Positions 15,907 through 23,877 of a DNA stretch of 32,000 bases are shown here, piece after piece. The stretch is from Burkholderiales bacterium (GTDB taxonomy: Bacteria; Pseudomonadota; Gammaproteobacteria; Burkholderiales; Burkholderiaceae_D). The DNA lies in the NCBI GenBank assembly GCA_016177875.1, contig JACOUL010000045.1, forward strand, positions 1,784-33,783, given 5' to 3'. The number at the start of each line of letters is the position of its first letter. The stretch's first letter is position 1. The position numbers and the translations under genes were made by a program. The notes under the pieces are model-generated. The model saw only the letters and a list, made by a program, of their open reading frames with translations. It did no database searches and had not been told where the DNA came from.

Positions 15907-16970
15907 TTGATCGTACGGGTCAAGGGTTGGGTATTCGGCAGGTGAGTCTCCTCGTCGGCAAATGTCGGTAGCTTGCCGGCGTCAACCAATTGCACCGGCA
16001 ATTCGCCCGCTGCAAGCCGCCGCGTGACGTTGAAGCTGATGCCGCGCGCTTCCAATGCTTTCATGAGCGCCGGGAATTCGGCGCACCATCGGTCTTCGGC
16101 AAGGTGGTCGAGCACGCTACGTTCGTTTTCGCCCTCGGCGACTGCGCGGATGACGTTGAAGTTCGCCGTGCTGGTCTTGGGATCGATGCGCATGCGCACC
16201 ATGTAATTGCCCCAGCCCTGACGGCGGAAATGCACGACGCCGCCTTCGACGAACAGCGTTTCGGCAATCTCTTCGACTTGATAGCCGAGATCCTTGAGCG
16301 ATTGGCCGACGATGACGGCGCTTGCTTCCTGCACCTGGCGCCGTTGCGTCTCTTCGGCCAGCGTCTGGATGCGTTTGCGTAGTTCGGTGGCCAGCAAATC
16401 GGCGCGTTCGCCGGGCAGGCAATTGTCGAGTTCGAGCGCGACGTCTTGCAAATCCGCCGGCGGCGGGCCGAGGTGCGCTATGCGTGCGAGCAGCCGCTGC
16501 GCAATACTTTGCGGCACGGAAGCGGTCGCCGATATATGCATTTCGCCCAACGGTGCAGAGGATTCGTCTGCCAGCCGCGCGGCTTCGGTCAGGAGGATGG
16601 CGCGCAGGTCGTCGGCCAGCGTTTGCAAGGCGCGCACATAGGCTGCCTGCGCCTGGATGTCGGTGCCGTCGGGTGCTTGCGGGCGAGTCGCACGGGCCTG
16701 TTCGCCGAGTCCCAAGTTGTCCGCCAATGCGATCAGTTGATCGAGCGTGGTTTGCGCGGCTAAGGTTTCTTGCTCAAGCGCTTCCCGGCCTTGCTCGCCG
16801 GCGCCGGTTTGATGCGCTTGCCGGGCACGCTGGTCTTCGCTATGCGCCCGGCGCAAGTTGGATTCATTGACGTAGCCTTCATAAACGGCGGCCGCCGCGC
16901 GGATCGCCGCTGCGGAGAGCAGTGCGGCTACAGGATTTGCTGCGACGACGGCAGTGATCGGACCGCTCAT
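15903..16970 (-). CDS. Hypothetical protein (Ala-rich hydrophobic N-terminus, Gln/Ala-rich helical middle, globular C-terminal region)
   Basis: 355 aa and the first gene of the cassette. Its stop overlaps the ATPase start (ATGA at 15903-15906). No motif was recognised. Coding is supported mainly by length, operon position and absence of a better alternative frame. Confidence 0.55.
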   Translation of the reverse strand: MSGPITAVVAANPVAALLSAAAIRAAAAVYEGYVNESNLRRAHSEDQRARQAHQTGAGEQGREALEQETLAAQTTLDQLIALADNLGLGEQARATRPQAPDGTDIQAQAAYVRALQTLADDLRAILLTEAARLADESSAPLGEMHISATASVPQSIAQRLLARIAHLGPPPADLQDVALELDNCLPGERADLLATELRKRIQTLAEETQRRQVQEASAVIVGQSLKDLGYQVEEIAETLFVEGGVVHFRRQGWGNYMVRMRIDPKTSTANFNVIRAVAEGENERSVLDHLAEDRWCAEFPALMKALEARGISFNVTRRLAAGELPVQLVDAGKLPTFADEETHLPNTQPLTRTIK

Positions 16971-17289
16971 GAGCTTTTAGTCGTTTTTGAATCGGCGTTG
17001 CTCCAGTATAGCGGTAGGCCGGGTTTTGGGAAATGCTGTGGACTATCAAGAAAACGGCTGTTCGTTTGCTTGCATTGGTAGACGTGCAACGAAAGCGTCC
17101 GCCAATTGTCAACGAATGCAAAATCCCAGGCGCTTATTAGTCTGTCATAGGCGCATCGCATGTTCGGCTGCTGGCCTTTCTGATATCGTACCGCTTCGAT
17201 AAAAACTTCAAATAGAGTCGGACAGTCCGGATTCGGCGCGCCGGTTTTTTCCGATCATAGACTTGCATACCTGTTCGAAAATTGATCCG

Positions 17290-18654
17290 ATGGTGAGCTT
17301 CTGCAACGCGCAAGGCGAGGCAGTGCGGGGCACGATCATCAATCTGCAAAGAAAATCCCTGGTGATGGAGGTATACAACCCTTACTCCATCGTGCAAGTC
17401 AGTGAAGTCCTCGCGGAAGTGACGGTACGATTCGGCGCGCAAATCGCTTATCTCGGCAAAGCAGTCGTCATCAGCCTGGTCAATACCGGACTTACCGCCA
17501 TCGTTTCGGTAACGCTCATCGACGAATGGCGTGAATTGAGCAACATGGCGGTTGCGCCGGGAAGCGTCGGAGCGGAAGCGGAAGCGTTCGTACGGGACTG
17601 GGCAGACCGTTTCCAGATCCGGCACGATTACCAAATCGTGGTGAATGAAATGCGCGCGTTTTTATCCGACGTGTCGCGCTGGATCGAGCAAGTGGACTTA
17701 TCGGACTCGCTGCCCAAGGTAAATGGCCAATTGCGCCCGGATGTCTTTTACGAACTAGCGGCTCCCTTGATGAGGAGGACCAAGTTTTACCTCGACATGC
17801 TGGAGAGCGAAGCCTCGCAAGTCGAAGAGGAGTGGACCCCGGCGCATCGTTCCTACGCGCAAACGGCATTGCATCCCTTGTTGCTCAGGGCGCCTTTCGT
17901 ATTCCGCACCTATACGAAGCCGCTGGGATACGCGGGCGACTACGAAATGGTCAACCAGATCTTGGGCGATCCGCGCCAGGGACCCAATACTTATTTTCAA
18001 ATGGTGAATGCCGCTTTCCTGCAGGCGGCGGTCGCGATCGCCCATCGCAATCGCATCGATATTCTCGTGGACTTTTTGAAGCGGAAGGCGGACGCCGCCA
18101 GGGAAGCGGGCAAGGTATTCCGTATTCTGAACGTCGGATGCGGTCCGGCTGTCGAGATAAAACGTTTTCTGCAGAGCTGTCCGCATCCCGAGTTCCTTGC
18201 TTTCGAGCTGCTCGACTTCAGCGAAGAAACCTTGGGGTGGACGCGTGATACGCTTACCGCCGTCGTCGAACAAATCGGCAAGCCGGTGGCCATTCATTAT
18301 GTGCACGAATCGGTGCATCAATTGCTCAAGCGCCGTATCGATCCGAATTCGGACGCCTCGCGCGAATTTGACGCCGTTTACTGCGCCGGCCTGTTCGATT
18401 ACCTGTCCGACAAGGTTTGCGCAAGGCTTACCGCGCATTTCGCCGCACGAACCAATCGCGGGGGCTCGATCTTGATCACCAATGTGCATTCGAGCAATCC
18501 GGAAAAGTTTGGCATGGAACACCTGTTGAATTGGTTTTTGATTTATCGAGACGAGGCGAAAATTGCGTCGCTTTTTCCGTCTCAGGCGGTTGCCCGCGAA
18601 GTTTGGGTCGATGCGACGGGAGTGAATGTTTTCGCTGCGGCGAACATCCTTTGA
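17290..18654 (+). CDS. Class I SAM-dependent methyltransferase with an N-terminal extension (PhcB-like architecture)
   Basis: Motif I is FRILNVGCGPAVE, with the acidic post-I residue in LLDFSEE. AVYCAGLFDYLSD and ILITNV also fit the class I fold. The ATG at 17290 is preferred; the ORF track starts at TTG 17263. Confidence 0.75.
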   Translation: MVSFCNAQGEAVRGTIINLQRKSLVMEVYNPYSIVQVSEVLAEVTVRFGAQIAYLGKAVVISLVNTGLTAIVSVTLIDEWRELSNMAVAPGSVGAEAEAFVRDWADRFQIRHDYQIVVNEMRAFLSDVSRWIEQVDLSDSLPKVNGQLRPDVFYELAAPLMRRTKFYLDMLESEASQVEEEWTPAHRSYAQTALHPLLLRAPFVFRTYTKPLGYAGDYEMVNQILGDPRQGPNTYFQMVNAAFLQAAVAIAHRNRIDILVDFLKRKADAAREAGKVFRILNVGCGPAVEIKRFLQSCPHPEFLAFELLDFSEETLGWTRDTLTAVVEQIGKPVAIHYVHESVHQLLKRRIDPNSDASREFDAVYCAGLFDYLSDKVCARLTAHFAARTNRGGSILITNVHSSNPEKFGMEHLLNWFLIYRDEAKIASLFPSQAVAREVWVDATGVNVFAAANIL

Positions 18655-18671
18655 TAGGGCAGGAAGATCGG

Positions 18672-20000
18672 ATGGCTAAAGATCTGCATGCGGAATACGA
18701 AATAAACCTGAGAGAATTTCGCGTCGAATTCAGCCGCGGCGGCGCTTATACCGGCATTGTCCTGATCCTGCTTGGCGTCGGCTTGGATTACAGTCTTTAT
18801 CCGCACATGCAGCTCGAATTTGCGGCCGTCAGAATCGGCGTTTCTTTCCTGATTTACGGCATCATTCGGATGATGGAAACGAATTGGGGAAAGGATAGGA
18901 TCCAGTGGCTCACATTCGCCTGGCTGGTGCTGCCGCAGATCATGATTGCGTGGATGATTGCCGTGACGGAAGGGCCAAGCTCGATCTATTACGCCGGGTT
19001 GACCCTCGCCATGTATGCGGCCGGTATCGTGCTGACCTTCGGCCTTTGGCAAAACATCGTCTTCGGTGCCTTGACCATACTGTTTTATGTGCTTGCTTGC
19101 GCGTTTCATCCCAACAGTGCCGGGTTGCGCGGCATTTTTGCCGTCAACGTGATGCTATTGTTTATGGCGGCCACGGTCAGCGCCGTCTATACCTACTTCA
19201 ACGAACGCGGACGTTTTATGCTGTTTCGCCTCAAAGCGGAACTAGCGAACAAGAATGAACAGTTGGAAGAAACGAATAAGAATTTGACGGAAATCAAAGG
19301 GCATATGCTCCAACAGGAAAAAATGGCAGCCCTCGGCACGCTTTCCGCTGGGCTGCTGCATGAGGTAAATAATCCAGTCAATTATTGTCTGATGGCGGTC
19401 GACGTCGCAATGGAAAATCCGGCGGCGAAATCCAATGCGCCGCTTTATGAATGCCTTGTCGATGCGAAAGAAGGCATGCAAAGAATCCACCACATCGTGT
19501 CAGACCTCAAGACTTTCGCGTATCGGACCAGGGATACGTCGAGCTTGAAAAAAGTTTTTCTTTTGGAAAAAGCCATCGATTCGGCGGTTCGCCTCGTGGG
19601 GCATGAAACCAAGGGCATTGCGATCAGCCGCGACCTGCCATCCGACACCCTGGTGCAAGGGGACGAGGCGGCCATTGTCGGCGTGCTGGTCAACTTGCTG
19701 AGCAACGCAGCCTTGGCGATACGTGCGGCAAACCGGGCGGAGCCATCCGTTCATCTGACTGCCGCTTGGGAAGGCAACAGCTTGCGTGTTACGGTGCAGG
19801 ATAACGGCCCCGGCATCGCCCCCGAAAATCTCGCGCGCGTGTTCGAACCGTTTTTCACCACGCGCGAAGTCGGAAAAGGCCTTGGGCTGGGGCTGAGTAT
19901 CAGCTATAGCGTGATTGAGCGCCACGGGGGCACATTGACCGCCGAAAGCGCTGTCGGCGAATGGACCAGAATGATTTTCGATCTGCCGCGGGCCGCATAA
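18672..20000 (+). CDS. Polytopic membrane sensor histidine kinase (about 6 TM segments, HisKA, HATPase_c)
   Basis: 442 aa from ATG 18672, preceded by AGGAAG; the ORF-track start at 18417 overlaps the methyltransferase. It has six hydrophobic helices. The H-box is EKMAALGTLSAGLLHEVNNP, the N-box is LVNLLSNA, and the G-boxes are DNGPGI / GKGLGLGLSISYS. Confidence 0.85.
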   Translation: MAKDLHAEYEINLREFRVEFSRGGAYTGIVLILLGVGLDYSLYPHMQLEFAAVRIGVSFLIYGIIRMMETNWGKDRIQWLTFAWLVLPQIMIAWMIAVTEGPSSIYYAGLTLAMYAAGIVLTFGLWQNIVFGALTILFYVLACAFHPNSAGLRGIFAVNVMLLFMAATVSAVYTYFNERGRFMLFRLKAELANKNEQLEETNKNLTEIKGHMLQQEKMAALGTLSAGLLHEVNNPVNYCLMAVDVAMENPAAKSNAPLYECLVDAKEGMQRIHHIVSDLKTFAYRTRDTSSLKKVFLLEKAIDSAVRLVGHETKGIAISRDLPSDTLVQGDEAAIVGVLVNLLSNAALAIRAANRAEPSVHLTAAWEGNSLRVTVQDNGPGIAPENLARVFEPFFTTREVGKGLGLGLSISYSVIERHGGTLTAESAVGEWTRMIFDLPRAA

Positions 20001-20037
20001 TTCCGGCTGCGGGGAGCCACGTGAAGAGGAGCAAGAA

Positions 20038-21060
20038 ATGACCGATCAAGGCATCATAGCCCCGCTGATTCTGTTCGTTGACGATGAGGCGGTGGTAGTC
20101 AAATACTTTCAACGGGCGATTGATGCCTTGGCTCCGGTAATTACTGCCAGCAGCGTCGAGGAAGGAAGGCGCATACTTGATGAACATGCGCATACGCTCG
20201 CGGTGCTGGTGTCCGATCAGCGCATGCCGGGCGGATACGGCAATGAGTTGCTGCACTACGCTCGAACCCGATATCCGGACATCGTGCGAATACTGACTAC
20301 GGCTTATTCAGAGCTCGAACATACCATCGAGGCGGTCAATCAAGGGCAGATCCATCGATATATCCAAAAGCCGTGGGAAATATCTGCGCTCAGAATGGAA
20401 TTGAAGCAGGCGCTTGAATTGGCGGCATTGCGCAAGGATCATTCACGGCTTCTGCGCGAGAAAATGACCGTGCGGCAAAAGCAAATTGTCTCGAACCGCA
20501 TCGGCGCCTTGCATTCCCTTTGCGCCAGCCTTGCCGCATCGCCGCAGATATTGCCGATTGAAGTATATTTGGCGGCTGCCGCAATCGTCGGCGTGGAGAC
20601 GCCTGAGCCGGACTGGTTGCTGACCGACTATTCGGATTTGATCAGTGCGGAAGCGCACCGCAGCGGCCAATTCGGACATGATGTCCGCAATAAGCTGGCG
20701 GACATCCGGCGGCGCTTTCCGGATCGGCAGGGTAAGGATGTACTCACGCTATTGCCGGAAATGATCGAGGCTGAAATTTCCGCCGATGGAACGATCGACT
20801 TTCCCGATCGGCGGAATTTTGCGGAGTTTCTGGAAACGCCTTCTAATGCACCGATTTCATCGAAACACGCCGCTTGGCTGGCATTTCTGATCTGGTTGCA
20901 CGATTCGGGTTGTTCGTTGAGGCTGACGAAGCCGGAAGCCGGCGTGCAGTGCGGTCTTTACGCGTCGGTTACGCCTACCCCCGACAAGCTCGCGGAATGG
21001 ATTGAGCAGTTTTCCGACATGCTCGTTTTGAACAAAAAGGAAAACGCGCGTTTTATCTGA
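20038..21060 (+). CDS. Response regulator: REC domain plus a ~200-aa C-terminal domain with no recognisable HTH
   Basis: 340 aa, with AGGAG 8 nt upstream. The REC domain has ILFVDDE, VLVSDQRMPGGYG and HRYIQKPW. The C-terminal region begins with an H-box-like helix (REKMTVRQKQIVSNRIGALHSL). Confidence 0.8.
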   Translation: MTDQGIIAPLILFVDDEAVVVKYFQRAIDALAPVITASSVEEGRRILDEHAHTLAVLVSDQRMPGGYGNELLHYARTRYPDIVRILTTAYSELEHTIEAVNQGQIHRYIQKPWEISALRMELKQALELAALRKDHSRLLREKMTVRQKQIVSNRIGALHSLCASLAASPQILPIEVYLAAAAIVGVETPEPDWLLTDYSDLISAEAHRSGQFGHDVRNKLADIRRRFPDRQGKDVLTLLPEMIEAEISADGTIDFPDRRNFAEFLETPSNAPISSKHAAWLAFLIWLHDSGCSLRLTKPEAGVQCGLYASVTPTPDKLAEWIEQFSDMLVLNKKENARFI

Positions 21061-21075
21061 CATTGTCTGAAAATC

Positions 21076-22767
21076 TTACACCGCATGCTCCACGATCAAT
21101 TGGACCTTGGTCACGCCGTTGTATTCATTGTTGTCGAGCCTGTAGGCAATGAGAGCGTTTTCCGGCAAGGCGTCGGCATGGCCGAACCAGATCGCGTCGT
21201 AACGCTGGCCGTCTTTTTCCAGGAGCAGCTTGAGATGCCGCTCCTTAAGCACGCGCTGGTTCAGCACACGGAAGGTGTCGCAAAAGACCGGCGGCGGAAA
21301 ACCTTGTCCCCAGACTTGCTCCTCCAACAGCGTGACGAATTGCGGCGTGAAGTAAGCGTCTTCCAGTGTGCCGTCGGTTTCGACAATGCGTTGCAGTTCG
21401 GCCTCGCTGAGCCATTCCCGGCCGATGGTTTCAAATGCATCCGAGAATGCTTCAAAAGCGTCGGCGCGTATGGTGAGCCCGGCGGCCATCGCGTGTCCGC
21501 CGAATTTATTGATCAAAGCCGGCGCATGTTTGGAAACTAGATCGAGCGCGTCACGCAGGTGAAATCCGGCAATCGAGCGGCCGGAGCCTTTGATCGACAC
21601 GCCGTCGCCGGCCGGCGCAAAAGTAATCGTGGGGCGATAAAACTTGTCTTTTAGGCGCGAGGCGACAATGCCGATCACGCCTTGATGCCATGACGCATCG
21701 AATACAGTGATGGTCGAGCAGTTTTGAGGATCGAAGTTGTCTAAGAGCGATAGGGCGGTGTCTTGCATGCCGGCTTCAATATCGCGCCGCTCGCGGTTGA
21801 TGGCATCGAGTTGATGCGCGATATTCCAAGCCTTGCCTTCGTCGTCGGTAAGCAGGCATTCGATGCCGAGCGACATATCGGCCAGACGCCCGGCTGCATT
21901 CAAACGCGGTCCGAGCGCAAATCCCAAATCGAAGGGTGTCGCCTTGCGCGCTTCGCGACCGGCGGCGCGGAACAGGGCGGCGACACCGGTGTGCATGCGT
22001 CCGGCGCGCATGCGCTTCAAACCCTGGGCCACCAGGATGCGATTGTTGGCATCGAGCTTGACGACGTCGGCCACGGTGCCGAGTGCCACCAGATCGAGCA
22101 GCGTATCCAGCTTGGGCTGGCTGGCCGCATCGAATACGCCACGTCGGCGCAATTCGCTGCGCAAGGCCAGCAGCACATAAAACATGACGCCGACGCCGGC
22201 CAAATTCTTGCTGGGAAAACCGCATTGGGGCTGGTTCGGATTGACGATTACACGAGCGGCCGGCAGCGTATCGCCCGGTAAATGGTGATCCGTCACCACG
22301 ACTTCGATGCCGCGCCGGTTGGCTTCGGCCACGCCCTCGACGCTGGCGATGCCGTTGTCGACGGTGATGATGATGTCCGGGGATTTTTCGCGCACGGCGA
22401 GTTCGACGATTTCCGGCGTCAAGCCGTAGCCGTATTCGAAGCGGTTCGGCACGATAAAGTCGACCCTGGCGCCCATGGCGCGCAAACCGCGCAAGGCCAC
22501 CGCGCAGGCGGTGGCGCCGTCGCAATCGTAGTCGGCGACGATCGTCAGCTTTTTTTGTGCATCAATGGCATCGGCTAAAAAGCTTGCGGCGGCATCTACA
22601 CGCATGAGGTTCGCCGGCGCAATCAATCCGGTGAATTCGCTCGACAATTCGCGTATATCTTCCAGGCCGCGAGCCGCATACAGGCGCGCCAATACCGGGT
22701 GCACGCCTTGTTGGCGCAGCATTTCGGCCGTACGAATGGAGTAGGGGCGGGTCGCGACGCGTGTCAT
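21076..22767 (-). CDS. recJ: Single-stranded-DNA-specific exonuclease RecJ
   Basis: 563 aa. DHH-family motifs are present (IVADYDCDGATA, ITVDNG, VVVTDHH), as is DHHA1 (GGHAMAAG). Confidence 0.93.
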   Translation of the reverse strand: MTRVATRPYSIRTAEMLRQQGVHPVLARLYAARGLEDIRELSSEFTGLIAPANLMRVDAAASFLADAIDAQKKLTIVADYDCDGATACAVALRGLRAMGARVDFIVPNRFEYGYGLTPEIVELAVREKSPDIIITVDNGIASVEGVAEANRRGIEVVVTDHHLPGDTLPAARVIVNPNQPQCGFPSKNLAGVGVMFYVLLALRSELRRRGVFDAASQPKLDTLLDLVALGTVADVVKLDANNRILVAQGLKRMRAGRMHTGVAALFRAAGREARKATPFDLGFALGPRLNAAGRLADMSLGIECLLTDDEGKAWNIAHQLDAINRERRDIEAGMQDTALSLLDNFDPQNCSTITVFDASWHQGVIGIVASRLKDKFYRPTITFAPAGDGVSIKGSGRSIAGFHLRDALDLVSKHAPALINKFGGHAMAAGLTIRADAFEAFSDAFETIGREWLSEAELQRIVETDGTLEDAYFTPQFVTLLEEQVWGQGFPPPVFCDTFRVLNQRVLKERHLKLLLEKDGQRYDAIWFGHADALPENALIAYRLDNNEYNGVTKVQLIVEHAV

Positions 22768-23807
22768 GACAATCTATTCAGGCTGGGTTTGACCCAGAAC
22801 TTATATAGGGAGCGCGACGTGATGGTGTACTCGCTTAAGCGCGTATTGTGCGTCAAGATCAGCGATATTCGATCGATGCGGCGTGCCTGCAGCGCCGACA
22901 AAAGCGGGGTGAACCATTCGCTTTCCAGCCGGTGCAAGTATTGCAGCCATGTACCCCAATCGCTGCCCAAAGCAGGTATTAATAAACTGTCGAGCATGAG
23001 TAAGCCGTGCTCCGGCGCTTGTTGGATCACTTCCGTCGCGGAAAAATCCCTGTTTGCATCGGATAAATGCGCCAATGCATCCGGCCAGCCGTGAAGCCTG
23101 AACGTTCGATCAAACCGATAGACAGGCTGAGCGGAATCGACGGACGCGCCTCCCCATAACCAAATCGAGTTCACCGGCTTATCGCCGCATCCTTCGCGCA
23201 GCTGGTTGACCGGGTGGATATGCCAATGCATTTGCACTTCGTTTTGCAGCTTGCGCCACGCACGCGCGGACTCGCCTTCGGGCATCCAAATATCGATGTT
23301 GTGGCCGGTCGCTGCATCCGGCGTCGACGTGTGCAAGTTTTGCCAGTCGTCGGCGCGCATGAACCAGGTAAGGGCATCGCCATAGACGAGCGTCTTGCCG
23401 GCTTCCTTGAACAAAGGCAAGGCGGCATCGAACAGATTGTGCGATTCTTTTTCAGATAAGGCCAATTGCCGAATGTCGGTCAAAACCAAGTGGTCGCGTG
23501 CAATATGCAGATGTACCGGATGGAGCACAAACCAAGATCCCTCGTCAGCCGCCAATTGCCGGCTTCGCATGGCCGCTTTAGCAATAGGCGGACTATTGTG
23601 AGCCGCGTTCTCGCTTAGGCCAAACTGCTGGGCCAGCCAGGTTTCATGAGGCAGTGAACGCGAAAAGGCATCGAAGCTTTCATCGGCGACAGACTGTGCC
23701 CGCGCCAACAGCATCGCCAACGCCGGTGTTTTGCAATCTCGCAATAAATCGCGGGCCAATTCCGCGGGCGGCAAGGCAAAAGGCAAGAGAATGTTCAAGT
23801 GACTCAT
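22764..23807 (-). CDS. Conserved hypothetical protein co-transcribed with recJ (possibly RpfE-type regulatory protein family)
   Basis: 347 aa from ATG 23807. The ORF-track start at 23879 would overlap the divergent lolC start. The stop overlaps the recJ start (ATGA at 22764-22767). The family assignment rests on recalled synteny only, not on a motif. Confidence 0.5.
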   Translation of the reverse strand: MSHLNILLPFALPPAELARDLLRDCKTPALAMLLARAQSVADESFDAFSRSLPHETWLAQQFGLSENAAHNSPPIAKAAMRSRQLAADEGSWFVLHPVHLHIARDHLVLTDIRQLALSEKESHNLFDAALPLFKEAGKTLVYGDALTWFMRADDWQNLHTSTPDAATGHNIDIWMPEGESARAWRKLQNEVQMHWHIHPVNQLREGCGDKPVNSIWLWGGASVDSAQPVYRFDRTFRLHGWPDALAHLSDANRDFSATEVIQQAPEHGLLMLDSLLIPALGSDWGTWLQYLHRLESEWFTPLLSALQARRIDRISLILTHNTRLSEYTITSRSLYKFWVKPSLNRLS

Positions 23808-23877
23808 GGCATGATTGTATGGCAAACTGCGACCTTTCGAGCTTCTCGTATCGTGACCTTTTCCAGGAACAATTTGC

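Noticed and set aside
11048-16970. A search for a glycyl-radical (RVxG-type) motif, or an NrdD/PFL-like partner, within the cassette proteins to explain the activase.
   Set aside because: None was found by eye, so I do not claim a glycyl-radical enzyme system. The substrate of the radical-SAM protein remains unknown.
17227-17250. CCGG-N10-CCGG containing the palindrome CGGCGCGCCG, followed by T6. It lies 40 nt upstream of the methyltransferase ATG and could be read as a leader terminator or attenuator.
   Set aside because: The stem is only 4 bp (or 3 bp with a 4-nt loop), which is too weak to call. No upstream plus-strand gene needs terminating.
17137-18522. Minus-strand ORFs at 17137-17634 (165 aa) and 17755-18522 (255 aa), overlapping the methyltransferase gene and its promoter region.
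   Set aside because: The plus-strand frame carries clear SAM-methyltransferase motifs. The minus-strand translations have no motifs and no ribosome-binding sites.
18417-18671. The N-terminal 85-codon extension of the histidine kinase ORF in the track.
   Set aside because: It overlaps the 3' end of the methyltransferase by 238 nt in another frame. ATG 18672 has an AGGAAG Shine-Dalgarno sequence, and the first TM segments follow shortly after it.
10984-21075. Calling the accessory region a mobile genetic element or genomic island with defined ends.
   Set aside because: No integrase, transposase, tRNA target, or flanking direct or inverted repeats could be identified by eye. I could not compute compositional deviation from the flanks reliably, so only a synteny-based insertion is claimed.
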